Source: an uncultured Candidatus Rokubacteria bacterium
GTDB taxonomy: Bacteria > Methylomirabilota > Methylomirabilia > Rokubacteriales > CSP1-6
Assembly: GCA_963827505.1 (NCBI GenBank)
Contig: CAWHBD010000002.1
Span: 393,692-457,691, forward strand
DNA: 64,000 nucleotides
Direction of reading: 5' to 3'
How positions within the stretch are numbered: position 1 is the stretch's first letter; the number at the start of each line of letters is the position of its first letter. The notes under the pieces were generated by a model. It made no database searches. It saw only the letters and a list, made by a program, of their open reading frames with translations, and was not told where the DNA came from. Shown one piece after another: positions 40,354 through 50,517 of this stretch. The position numbers were made by a program, and so were the translations under genes.

Positions 40354-41046
40354 TTACGGGCGGACGTCCGGTGCCGGCAGGGTCAGGCTCACATGGCCGC
40401 CGTCCCGCCGGACCGTGAGCTGCAGTGGCCGCTCCATCCCGATCTCACCCAGTGCCTCCCGGGCGGCGTCGCGAGTCAGAACCGCCTGCTCGTTGATCTG
40501 CAGCAGGACGTCGCCCACCTCCAGCCCTGCCTTCTCGGCCGGGCTGCCCTTGGCCACGAAGGTCACCGCCGGCATGCTGGGCGAGGGGCGCGCCTCCCGC
40601 CCGGCCACCGGCTGCGACTCTTGCAGGACGAAACCGAACTCGGCGGCCAGGCGTTCCCCGGCGACCCCTCGCGGCATGGCCATCAGCCGGACCGGCAGGG
40701 GCCGGCGCCCCTCCCGGCGCAGGACCGTGAGCCGCACGTCGCTGTCGACGGGGGCCCGCGCGATCAGCCGCTGGAGCAGGCGAGTGTCGGTCACCGGTCG
40801 TCCCTCGACGGCGACCACGATGTCGCCGGAGCGCATCCCGGCCCGGGCGGCCGGCGTGTCCTCCATGACCTCCACGATCACGACGCCGAAGCCCTCGCCG
40901 ATGCCGTGGCGGCCCGCCAGCTCGTCCATCTCCTGCTCGCTGAGGTCGCGGATTCGCACGCCGAGCCAGCTCCACGACCGCGCGTCGGCGGCGGCCGCCG
41001 CCACCAGCAGGAGCAGGGCCACGAGGAGGCCGCGCCGGAGCGTCAC
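40354..41046 (-). CDS. Secreted protein with two PDZ domains (periplasmic PDZ-only, HtrA-like without protease domain)
   Basis: VTLRRGLLVALLLLVAAAAADA signal, then WLGVRIRDLSEQEMDELAGRHGIGEGFGVVIVEVMEDTPAARAGMRSGDIVVAVEGRPV (PDZ1) and GFVLQESQPVAGREARPSPSMPAVTFVAKGSPAEKAGLEVGDVLLQINEQAV (PDZ2). Intact frame. GTG start overlaps the upstream stop (GTGA). Confidence 0.65.
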   Translation of the reverse strand: MTLRRGLLVALLLLVAAAAADARSWSWLGVRIRDLSEQEMDELAGRHGIGEGFGVVIVEVMEDTPAARAGMRSGDIVVAVEGRPVTDTRLLQRLIARAPVDSDVRLTVLRREGRRPLPVRLMAMPRGVAGERLAAEFGFVLQESQPVAGREARPSPSMPAVTFVAKGSPAEKAGLEVGDVLLQINEQAVLTRDAAREALGEIGMERPLQLTVRRDGGHVSLTLPAPDVRP

Positions 41047-41630
41047 TCGCGACCGCCCTTCAGCTCGCGAACGAGCGCCTCCACCGCGTCGGCGACGCGG
41101 GTCACCCGCGTGGCCACCTCCGGGGTCTCCAGCAGGCTCTGGCGCAGGTCGGGGTCGGGCAGGACAGCCGCCGCCACGCGATCGGCGATGGCGCCCGCGC
41201 CCTGGCCCTCGGCCAGGGCGGTGTCGAGCAGGTTGGCCGGGCGCTGGAGCGCGTCCAGCAGCGTGCGACAGGCGGCGCGGATGCGGGCCAGCGCGCGGAG
41301 CAGCGTCGCCGGCCTCGACGTCGGGCAGCCGGTGCGCGCGGACGACCCGGTAGAGCGTGTCGCTCGGCAGCTCGCTGCTCGAGCCGGATGCGGGCCTCGC
41401 CCCGCAGGAGGATGTTGTAGCGCCCGGTGGCCAGGCGCTCGCAGGCGACGATCTCGCCGAGCCCCGCCACCGCGTGCACGGCCGGCTTGCCCGCGTAGCT
41501 CGCCTCGTAGCCCGGCCTGCAGCCCGACCACGGCCAGTCGCCGGTCGCGCTCGAGGACGTCGGTCACCATCGCCCGGTAGCGGGCCTCGAAGACGTGCAG
41601 GGGCAGCAGCGTGTGCGGGAAGAACGTCAC
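41043..41630 (-). pseudogene. LON N-terminal (substrate-binding, PUA-like) domain protein, about 4 frameshifts
   Basis: MTFFPHTLLPLHVFEARYRAMVTDVLERDRRLAVVGLQAG, then HAVAGLGEIVACERLATGRYNILLRGEARIRLEQ (second frame), then ELPSDTLYRVVRAHRLPDVE (third frame), then ...LAEGQGAGAIADRVAAAVLPDPDLRQSLLETPEVATRVTRVADAVEALVRELKG-stop back in the first frame. Confidence 0.5.
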
Positions 41631-41684
41631 GTCGGGTAGCGGGAAGATCGGGAGATGACGACCGGTGCCGCCATGCCCGGCGCG

Positions 41685-42825
41685 TCAGCTGATCTTCGGC
41701 AGCGAGCCGAGCGCGGCCAGCTCGTCGATGCGCGCTGGTGACGGCGGCGGCGAGGTTCCGGAACGCCTGCCGCCTGGGCCGAGTCGGGCTGGCGCACGGT
41801 GATCGGCGTGCCCTCGTCGCCGCCCACGCGCGTCTCGGGATCGAGCGGAGATCGGGCCAGCAGCGGCACGCCGTACTCGTCGGCCACCCGCTGGCCACCG
41901 GCCTCGCCGAAGATGCTGGTGTGCTGGCCGCAGTGCGGGCGCGGCGAAGTGCTCATGTTCTCGACGACGCCCGAGGATCGGCACGTTGAGTCGCTGGAAC
42001 ATGCCGATGGCCTTGCGCACGTCGAGCAGCGCCACGTCCTGCGGGGTCGTCACCATGACCACGCCGCTCGAGCGGCAGTACCTGGGAGAGCGAGAGCTGG
42101 GCGTCGCCGGTGCCGGGAGGCATGTCGAACACCAGGTAGTCGAGCGCGCCCCACATGACGTCCTTGCAGCATCTGCTGGATGAACGAGTGGATCATCGGG
42201 ACCGCGCCAGACCAGCGGCTCCTTGTCGCTCACGAGCAGCCCGATCGACATGATCTTGATGCCGTGGGCCTCGACCGGAATGATCCGGTTGTCGAACATG
42301 CCCGGCTTGCCCTTGGTGCCGAGCATCAGCGGCACGTCGGGGCCGTACACGTCGACGTCGATGATGCCGACGGTGGCGCCCGCTCTGCCGGAGCGCCAGC
42401 GCCAGGTTCACCGCCACCGTGGACTTGCCCACCCCGCCCTTGCCCGAGGACACCGCGACGGTGTGGCGGACCTCGGGGATGAAGTCCGGCCGCGGCGGTG
42501 GCGCCTGGCTCTGGGGCTGACCGTGGGCGTGCGCGTGTCCTGCCCGGGCGCTGGGCATGGGCGGCCGGGGCCGGCGGCGGCCCGCCGCCCATCTTGATCT
42601 GCACCCGCGCCACGCCCGGGAGCTGCCCGACCAGCTCGCGTGGCCATGCTGTGCACGCTCGGCCTTGGTGGCTGGCGCCTGGCCGGTGAAGGCCAGCGTG
42701 AAGCTGACCCCGGCGTCGTGCGATCGCGAGGTCGCGGACGAGCCCGAGCGCCACGATGTCCTTCTGGCTGTCGGGATCACGGACGCCGCGCAGCGCGTCC
42801 AGGATCTGCTGCTCGGATGCGCCAT
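41685..42825 (-). pseudogene. mrp: Mrp/ApbC/NBP35-family iron-sulfur cluster carrier ATPase with N-terminal MIP18/DUF59 domain, about 7 frameshifts
   Basis: [116 protein letters not shown]...[95 protein letters not shown], alternating among three frames. Confidence 0.55.
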
Positions 42826-42905
42826 ACCGCCGCGACTATACAGCACGGTGCGGGCGCAGCCTTCGAGATCTTGCATTCGCCGAACCTTCCTGCTACATAA
42901 AGACC

Positions 42906-43404
42906 GGTGATCCCCGCCGACGACTTTCGCACGCGTTCTCGGTCACTTCGCTACGCGGAGTCACCATCATCACCACCTGCGACATCGACGGGCGCCCGAC
43001 CGGCCTGACCGCGAGCGCGTTCTCCTCGGTGTCGCTGGATCCCCCGCTCGTCCTGGTCTGCGTCGACCACAAGTCGCAGAGCTACCCCGCGCATCAGGGA
43101 GCGGGCTGCTTCGCGGTCAACGTCCTGAGCCGCCGACCAGGAGGCGATCTCGCGCAACGTTCGCCTCCTCGCGCCTGCGACAAGTTCGACGGCGTCCCCC
43201 ACTCGATCAGCGACCTCGAGCTGCCGCTGATCGACCGGGGCCCTCGCCCAGCTCGAGTGCACCACCGTCACGCGTGCACGTGGAGGGCGACCACACCATC
43301 TTCGTCGGCCGGGTCGAGCGGGCTCAGGTGCGACGCCGGGCGAGCCCCTGCTCTACTTCCGGGGTCAGTACGACCGACTCGCCAGTCCCAGCCCAGGAGC
43401 CTGA
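42906..43404 (+). pseudogene. Flavin reductase family protein (FMN-binding split barrel), 4 or more frameshifts
   Basis: IPADDFR.AFS..GVTIITTCDIDGRPTGLTASAFSSVSLDPPLVLVCVDHKSQSYPAHQGAGCFAVNVLS..DKFDGVPHSISDLELPLID..VHVEGDHTIFVGRVERAQVR..EPLLYFRGQYDRLASPSPGA-stop. Confidence 0.5.
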
Positions 43405-43405
43405 C

Positions 43406-44490
43406 GTGAGCGCGATCCCGCTGTCCCGGCCGCCGGTGGACGACGAGATCAAGCAGGCGGTCCTGGCGGCCATCGACTCCCGCCAGTACATCCTCGGCCC
43501 CGAGTGCCGTGCATTCGAGGCCGAGCTGGCTCGCTACGTCGGCGTCCGCCACTGCGTGCTGAGCAACTCCGCCACCGCCGGGCTGTGGCTCACTCTGCGC
43601 GCGCTCGGCGTCAAGGCCGGCGACGAGATCCTGGTGCCCTCCCACACGGCCTTCCCGACCATCGAGGCCATCTGCTTCGCGGAGGCCACGCCGGTCTTCG
43701 TCGACGCCGACGACTACTACACGATGGATCCGGTCGGACGCCGCCGCCAAGGCGACGCCGCGCACGGTCGGGCTGATGCCCGTGCACCTCTACGGACAGC
43801 CGGTCGACCTTGACGCCATCCGTGAGCTGCGCGCCGGATGGGCGTGTGGATGCTGGAAGATTGCGCGCAGGCCCACGGGGCGGCCTGGCGGGGCAAGAAG
43901 GTCGGCGGCTTCGGGCGCGCGGCGGTCTTCTCGTTCTACCCGTCCAAGAACCTCACCGTCATGGGCGACGGCGGCGCCGTCGTGACCGACGACGACGAGA
44001 TCGCCGCCCGCTGCCGGCGGCTGCGTGACCACGGCCGCCTCAGCAAGGACCTGCACGCCGAGGTCGGCTTCAACCTGCGCTTCAACGACATCCAGGCGTC
44101 GATCGGCCGGGTGCTGCTGCGCCGGCTCGACGCGATGAACGACGCGCCGTCGCGCCCTGGCCGCCCGCTACCGATGCGGCCCTGGCCGGGCTGCCGCTGG
44201 GCCTGCCGCGCGAGCGTCCGGGCGCCTGCCACGTCTATCACCTCTACGTCGTGCGCACGCCGCGCCGGGACGAGCTGGCGGCGTTCCTCAAGGCGCGCGA
44301 GCATCCAGACCGGCATCCACTACCCGGTGGCGACCCACCGGCAGCCGGCCGTGGAGCGCTTCGCCGGGCCGCCACTGCCCGCGACCGAGCAGCTCGTGAA
44401 CGAGATCCTGACCTGCCGATCTCCGCCGGCCACACCGAGGCCGAGATCGACGCGGTGGCGGCGGCGGTGAGAGAGTTCTTCGGAGCCTGA
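43406..44490 (+). pseudogene. DegT/DnrJ/EryC1/StrS-family PLP-dependent sugar aminotransferase, about 6 frameshifts
   Basis: VSAIPLSRPPVDDEIKQAVLAAIDSRQYILGPECRAFEAELARYVGVRHCVLSNSATAGLWLTLRALGVKAGDEILVPSHTAFPTIEAICFAEATPVFVDADDYYTMDPV.. MPVHLYGQPVDLDAIREL.. GVWMLEDCAQAHGAAWRGKKVGGFGRAAVFSFYPSKNLTVMGDGGAVVTDDDEIAARCRRLRDHGRLSKDLHAEVGFNLRFNDIQASIGRVLLRRLDAMND.. CHVYHLYVVRTPRRDELAAFLKAREH.IQTGIHYPVATHRQPAVERFAGPPLPATEQLVNEILTLPISAGHTEAEIDAVAAAVREFFGA-stop. Confidence 0.55.
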
Positions 44491-45621
44491 TGGCGGGAAC
44501 CCCCCTTCGGATCCTCGCAGATCTACCCGAAGGGGGACTTCTTCACGGGCGCGGCCATCCAGCTGCGCGAGCTCGCTCGAGGCCTGGCCGCCCGCGGCCA
44601 CCACGATCACCGTGGTCACGCCGCCCAGCGAGGTGTGGGCGGCTCGCTGCCGGGAGGCCGGGCCTCGCCCACGCGGCCATCCCCATGCGGCGGCCCTACG
44701 ACCCGCGCGCGGCGTGGCGGCTGGCCCGGCTGATCCGCGCAGCAGCGCATCCAGATCGCCCACGCCCACAAGGGCCGGGCGCGCACGCTCACGCTGCTGG
44801 CCGGCCTCGATCGGCGCCCGGGCCGCTGCTCGTCCTCAACCGCGGGGTGAGCTTCCCGATCGACCGCGTGCACCGCGTGGGCTACACGAGCCGCCGGGTG
44901 CACGCGATCGTCGCCGTCTGCCGAGTCGATCAAGCGACGGGCTGGTGGCCTCCGGCGTGCCCGCCGGCAAGGTCGAGGTCGATCTACTCGGGCACGGACC
45001 TCGAGCGGTTCCACCCGGGCGTGGACGGCGGCCTCGTGCGCCGCGAGCTCGGCCTCACCGCCGGGCACGCGCTGATCACGCAGGTCGGCGTGCGCTCGTG
45101 GCGCGGCTGGACGGACGTGCTGGAGGCGATGCGCACCATTGCCGCCGGCTGCGACCGCGCGCGACTGCTCTTCGTGGGCGCGCCGCCACCGCGCGTCGTC
45201 GAGATCGCCGAGCGGGCGCGGGCGGCGCGGCCTCGAAGGGCGCGTGCTGACCCTCGGCCACCGCGACGACGTGCCGGCGATCCTCGACGCCTCCGACGTC
45301 GTCGTCGACGCCTCCTACGCCGGGCTCGGCATCACCGGCTCGATTCGGGAGGCGCTGGCGTGCGAGCGACCGGTGGTCGCCACCGATCTCGAGGGCATGC
45401 CGGAGCTGATCGACCGACGGCGAGACGGGGCTGCTGGTGCCGCCGCGCCAGCCGGCCGCGCTGGCCGAGGCGGTGCTACGGCTGCTCGGCCGACCCGACG
45501 GCCGCTCAGACGATGGCTCGGGCGGGGCGCAAGCGCGTGGAGGCGCCACTTCTCGCTGCGCGCCAAGCTCGACGCCACCGAGGCGCTCTACCGCCGACTG
45601 GTCGCGGGCGGGGCCGCGTGA
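44490..45621 (+). pseudogene. Glycosyltransferase family 1 (GT4-like), 8 or more frameshifts
   Basis: MAGTPLRILQIYPKGDFFTGAAIQLRELARGLAARGHH.., ..HAAIPMRRPYDPRAAWRLARLIRAAA.., VSFPIDRVHRVGYTSRRVHAIVAVC.., ASGVPAGKVEVIYSGTDLERFHPGVDGGLVRRELGLTAGHALITQVGVRSWRGWTDVLEAMRTIAAG.., ARLLFVGAPPPRVVEIAERARAA.LEGRVLTLGHRDDVPAILDASDVVVDASYAGLGITGSIREALACERPVVATDLEGMPELID.. (EX7E region), LLGRPDGR../AAQTMARAGRKRVEA.., FSLRAKLDATEALYRRLVAGGAA-stop. Confidence 0.5.
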
Positions 45622-45636
45622 GACGACGCCGTCGTC

Positions 45637-47368
45637 GTGTACCGCCGACTGCTGCCGCTCATGCGGCCCTACCTGCCCGTGCTGATCCTGGGCGCGGCGC
45701 TGGCCCTGATCGTCGCCGCCATGGAGGGTGCCATCGCGTGGCTGGTGAAGCCGGCCATGGACGACATCTTCATCCGCCGCGACGAGGCCATGCTGCAGGC
45801 TCATCCCGCTGCTGCTGCTCGGCGCCTACCTGGGCAAGGGGTTCGGCCCGCTACGGGCAGTCGTACCTGATGGCCTCGGTCGGCGAGCGCGTGGTCGCCA
45901 CGCTGCGCCGCGGGCTCTACACGCACATCCAGGCCATGCCGCTGTCGTTCTTCGCCGACCTGCACTCGGCCGAGCTGATGTCGCGCGTCGTCACCGACGT
46001 CAACCGCCTGGCCCGGGTCTCGTCGACGGTGCTGGTCATGGCCTTCCGGCAGGTGGCGATGGTGATCGCGCTGCTGTCGGTCATGCTGGTCCGCGAGTGG
46101 CGGCTGGCCCTGATCGCGCTGATCGTCTTTCCCGTTCGTCGGCGTGGCCGTGCGCTCGATCGGCCGCCGGCTGTACCGGATCAACAAGCGCTCGCAGGAG
46201 AAGGTGGCCGAGCTGAACGTGCTCCTGCACGAGGCCTTCTCGGGGACGAAGATCGTCAAGGCGTTCGGCCGCGAGGGGCACGAGGCGGAGCGCTTCGACC
46301 GGGTGAACCGCCGGCTCCTCGACCTGGCGCTGAAGGATCACCGCACCGACGAGATCACCGAGCCGCTCATGGAGGTGCTGGCCGCCTTCGGCATCATGGG
46401 CGCGCTCTGGTACGGCGGCCACCAGGTCATCGCCGGCGCCATGACCCCCGGCGACTTCTTCTCGTTCACGGCGGCGCTGGCGCTGATCTACGGCCCCGTG
46501 CGCCAGCTCTCGCGCATCATGAACACCATCCAGCAGTCCACCTCGTCGGTCGAGCGCGTGTTCGAGATCCTCGACACGCCGCCGGCCATCGCCGACCGGC
46601 CCGGCGCCCATCCCCTGCCCGGCTTCCGGGAGTCGCTGCGCTTCGAGGACGCGTCGTTCCGCTACCCGGGCTCGACCGAGCCTCACGCTGCGGGACATCA
46701 CCCTGGACGTCCGCCGCGGCGAGGTGGTGGCCTTCGTCGGGATGAGCGGGGCCGGCAAGTCGACGCTCATCGACCTGGTGCCGCGCTTCCACGAGGTGAC
46801 CTCGGGCCGCATCACCGTGGACGGCCACGACGTGCGCGACGTCACCCAGGCCTCGCTCCGCGCCCAGATCGCCGTGGTGACCCAGGAGACGTTCCTGTTC
46901 AGCGACTCGATCCACTACAACATCGCCTACGGCCGGCCCGGCGCCACCACCGAGGAGATCTCGCGGGCCGCCCGCCAGGCCAACGCCGAGGAGTTCATCC
47001 TCGCCTGCCCCGAGGGCTACGCCACCCTGGTCGGCGAGCGCGGCGTCCGCCTCAGCGGCGGCCAGCGCCAGCGCCTGGCCATCGCCCGCGCGTTCCTGAA
47101 GGACCCGCCCATCCTGATCCTGGACGAGGCCACCTCCGACCTCGACGCCGAGAGCGAGTTCATGGTGCAGCAGGCGCTGGCCGAGCTCATGCGTGGTCGC
47201 ACCGTGCTGGTGATCGCCCATCGCCTGGCCACCGTGCGCAACGCCGATCGCATCGTCGTCGTCCACGAGGGCCGGCTGGCCGAGGTCGGCCGCCACGACG
47301 AGCTGATCGCCCGCGACGGCGTCTACCGCCGGCTCTACGCGCTGCAGATGGAGGGCGTGGCCGGCTAG
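45637..47368 (+). pseudogene. ABC transporter ATP-binding/permease protein (MsbA-like lipid/multidrug exporter), about 3 frameshifts
   Basis: MYRRLLPLMRPYLPVLILGAALALIVAAMEGAIAWLVKPAMDDIFIRRDEAMLQ | LIPLLLLGAYLGKGFGRYGQSYLMASVGERVVATLRRGLYTHIQAMPLSFFADLHSAELMSRV...LALIALIVFP | VGVAVRSIGRRLYRINKRSQEKVAELNVLLHEAFSGTKIVKAFGREGHEAERFD...GFRESLRFEDASFRYPGSTE | TLRDITLDVRRGEVVAFVGMSGAGKSTLIDLVPRF (Walker A)...LSGGQRQRLAIARAFLKDPPILILDEATSDLDAESEF...VIAHRLATVRNADRIVVVHEGRLAEVGRHDELIARDGVYRRLYALQ. Confidence 0.6.
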
Positions 47369-47378
47369 GCGGCCGCCG

Positions 47379-47938
47379 TCACTTTCCGAAGACCACGATC
47401 GCGGTCATGATCACCGTCGCGGCGATGAACGCCCGGCGACGGACGGGCGAGAGGCCGGCGTACCCGCGCCTCACGACGGGATCGATCGATTCGGACTGCG
47501 CCCAGCCCGGCAACCACCGCTCCAGCCCCCGCCATCGCCACGTCGCCCCGAACATCGCGCGGCGCTTGTAGAAGTACGCGAAGCCGACGCCGGCGGTGAC
47601 GGTCGCGAGAACGAAGATGATCACCACGTCCGTCCGTCCGGGGCCGAAGGCGATCGTGTAGACGACGGCCCACACGAGGAGAAGGGGCTGGCTGGCCAGC
47701 AGCACGTACCAGCCCCACGGCGGACGGTCGTGGCGGCGACGCCGATGACGAGCTTCCAGAGCGTGTACAGCCCGCCCACGACCAGACCCCAGGTCCCCAG
47801 GCTGGCGCTGAGGTGCATGGTCATGGTCGGGTCGGCGGCGCTGGCCAGCGACGTACACGCGACGAGCCAGCCGAGTCTGTAGCCCTGCGACGGCGCCGAG
47901 GTTGTCTGAACGACCGCCGGGACCGCGCGGTCAGTCAC
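47379..47938 (-). pseudogene. Hypothetical integral membrane protein (4-5 TM), one frameshift near 47700
   Basis: MTDRAVPAVVQTTSAPSQGYRLGWLVACTSLASAADPTMTMHLSASLGTWGLVVGGLYTLWKLVIGVAA, then in a second frame RPPWGWYVLLASQPLLLVWAVVYTIAFGPGRTDVVIIFVLATVTAGVGFAYFYKRRAMFGATWRWRGLERWLPGWAQSESIDPVVRRG...AFIAATVIMTAIVVFGK. No family recognised. Confidence 0.35.
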
Positions 47939-47977
47939 CCGCCGCTGACACGAAGGCGGCCGGCCACCGGCAGCGGC

Positions 47978-48652
47978 TCACGAGCTGATCCTGGGAAATC
48001 GCTTGCGGATGAGGTTGTGCCAGCACTGCGGCTCCTCGGTGGTCTCGAGCGTGGCGAGGATCTGCCGGGCGTCCTCGTCGTCGTAGACGGTCGCCACCAG
48101 CGTGAAGCCCGCGGCCAACGGCGCGACGACGCGGTGGGGCAGCTGGACCTTCTGCCCGACCGCCGTCGTCGCCGTCCCGATCGGGCGGCCGGCGATGCTC
48201 GGCGTCACCGTCAGCTCGTCGAATCGTAACAGCAGCGCCCCGGCGCGAGCGGCGACGAACGGCTCGATCGTGCTCGGCGTCGATCCGCTCCAGCTCTTCT
48301 CGATGTCGGCGATGATGTAGGCCAGCGTCTGGGTGACGCCGTCGCCGCCGGAGGGGTTGGCGTAGAGGGTCACGGCCACGACCCGGCCGTCGACGGCGCG
48401 CAGCGCGGGTTCCTGCGTCGCGAACTCCCACTGGCCGGGCAGCGTGTAGGCCAGGCAGTGCGGTGACCGGTTCTCGAAGTAGTGGCTGCGCCCGCCGGCC
48501 AGCACGAGGATCTCGGGCCCCCGCGTCGTCGCCCGCGCGTCGCCGCGGTGGACGAAGCCCGTGGCACAGCCGGCCAGGACGAGGTACCCCCAGAGCAGCA
48601 GCAGGGGCAGTACGCGAGCGAGCGGAGTCGGTGCCGGGGGCCTCGCGCCCAC
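47978..48652 (-). CDS. Hypothetical lipoprotein (224 aa)
   Basis: MGARPPAPTPLARVLPLLLLWGYLVLAGCATG (lipobox LAGC). Intact, coding-like composition, no recognisable domain. Confidence 0.5.
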   Translation of the reverse strand: MGARPPAPTPLARVLPLLLLWGYLVLAGCATGFVHRGDARATTRGPEILVLAGGRSHYFENRSPHCLAYTLPGQWEFATQEPALRAVDGRVVAVTLYANPSGGDGVTQTLAYIIADIEKSWSGSTPSTIEPFVAARAGALLLRFDELTVTPSIAGRPIGTATTAVGQKVQLPHRVVAPLAAGFTLVATVYDDEDARQILATLETTEEPQCWHNLIRKRFPRISS

Positions 48653-48655
48653 GCG

Positions 48656-50379
48656 TCAGCGTTCGCGGAAGCGGTTGACGATGGGCAGGCGCCAGTCGCG
48701 GCCGAACGCCCGCGGCGTGATCTTGACGCCGATGGGGCCCTGGCGGCGCTTGTACTCGTTGACGTCGACCATGCGGATCACCCGGCGCACGGTCTCCTCG
48801 CCGAAGCCGCGGGCCACCAGGTCGCTCACGCCCCGGTCCTCCTCGACGTAGGCCTGGAGGATCGCGTCGAGCTCGGCGTACGGCGGCAGCGTGTCCTGGT
48901 CCGTCTGGTCCGGCCGCAGCTCCGCCGACGGCGCACGGTCGAAGACCGACTCGGGGATGACGGCGCGCCCGGCCCGCGCGTTGACGTGGCGCGAGACCTC
49001 GTACACGAGCGTCTTGGGCACGTCCTTGATCACCGCGAACCCGCCGGCCATGTCCCCGTATAGCGTCGAGTAGCCGACCGCGATCTCGCTCTTGTTGCCG
49101 GTGGTGAGGACGAGCCAGCCGAACTTGTTGCTGAGCGCCATCAGCAGGGTGCCGCGCACGCGGGCCTGGATGTTCTCCTCGGCCACGTCCTCCTTGAGCC
49201 CCTTGAAGGGCGCTGCCAGCGTCCGCTTGAAGCCCTTGAAGACCGGCGTGATGGGCAGTGTCAGGAAGTCGATGCCGAGGTTCCTGGCCAGCCGCCGGGC
49301 GTCGCCCCGGGTGCCGGACGACGAGTACGGCGAGGGCATGGTGACGCCGGTGACGTTCTCCCGGCCCAGCGCCTCCACCGCGATGGCGGCCACGACCGAG
49401 GAGTCGATGCCGCCCGACAGCCCGATGACCACGTGGGTGAAGCCGTTCTTGCGAACGTAGTCACGGGTGCCGAGCACCAGCGCCTCGTAGACCTCGTCGA
49501 CCGGCGGCAGCGGCGTCACCGCGCGGGACGGCAGCGCGGGCGTGGCCGCCGCCGCCAGCGGCGGCAGCACGACGCGGGCAGGCCTCGACGGCCCGCTGCT
49601 TCTCCTTGCGCCGCCGGGAGTCGTGCAGGCGCGCGCGGAAGACGGCGTCGAGGTCGAGGTCGGCGACGACGAAGTCCTCGGCGAACTGGCGACCCGCGCG
49701 CCACCGGCTCGCCGCGCTCGTTGACCACGAGACTGCCGCCGTCGAAGACCAGCTCGTCCTGGCCGCCCACCATGTTGACGAAGGCCAGGCACACCACGTC
49801 GTCGGCGGCCCGGGTCGCGATCATCCGCTCGCGCAGGTGGCCCTTGCCGGCGTGGTAGGGCGAGGCGTTGATGGTGACGACCAGCTCGGCCCCCGCCAGC
49901 GCCTGCCGGGTCGTGGGGCCGGTCGGATACCAGATGTCCTCGCAGATGTTGACGCCGAACGACGTCTCGCCCAGGGTGAACACCGGCGCCTCGGTGCCGG
50001 CCTGGAAGTAGCGGTTCTCGTCGAACACCCCGTAGTTGGGCAGGTATTGCTTGTGATAGACGCCCGCCACGGCGCCGTCGTGCAGGACGGCGGCGGCGTT
50101 GAAGATGTCGTCGCGCTTGTCCACGAACCCCACGACGGCGGTGAGGCCGGCGGTGGCGGCGGCCACCTCGGCCAGCGCCTTGAGGTTGGCCTCGATGAAC
50201 GCCGACTTGAACAGGAGGTCCTCGGGGGGGTAGCCGGTGATCGCCAGCTCCGGGAAGGCCACCAGCTGGGCACCGACGCCCCGCGCCTGCTCGAGGACGG
50301 CGCGGATCCGGGCGACGTTGCCCGCCAGGTCCCCGACGGTGGGGTTGATCTGGGCGAGCGCGACCCGGAAGCGACGCAT
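48656..50379 (-). pseudogene. nadE: Glutamine-dependent NAD+ synthetase NadE (N-terminal CN-hydrolase domain + C-terminal NAD synthetase domain), 2 frameshifts near 49585 and 49760
   Basis: [56 protein letters not shown]...NICEDIWYP (nitrilase E-K-C triad region)...[12 protein letters not shown] | [30 protein letters not shown] | [70 protein letters not shown] (PP-loop SGGxDS)...NRFRER-stop. Confidence 0.6.
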
Positions 50380-50416
50380 GACGGTATTGTACTCGCGGCC
50401 CCGGCGGCCGGGCGCA

Positions 50417-50446
50417 TTGTCAATGACGGCCCCGCCGTGATATATG
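50417..50446 (+). promoter_or_regulatory. Sigma70-like promoter candidate for the peptide ABC operon
   Basis: TTGTCA (50417-50422), a 17-nt spacer, then ATATAT (50440-50445), in an unusually AT-rich stretch. A strong RBS AAGGAGG lies 7 nt before the ATG at 50518. The region is the divergent intergenic gap between nadE and the substrate-binding protein gene. Confidence 0.4.
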
Positions 50447-50517
50447 CTGCCTGTCACACGCTCGAGGCAGCGTCGCCCTCGGCAGTCCCCCGATCCCGGG
50501 TCACAAGGAGGCAACTG

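Noticed and set aside
40257-40354. Inverted repeat GAGAGA-N9-TCTCTC in the AT-richer dctP upstream region, as a regulator operator
   Set aside because: It is only a 6-bp arm match in a 100-bp promoter region, too weak to call without a known cognate regulator. It is likely just the dctP promoter area.
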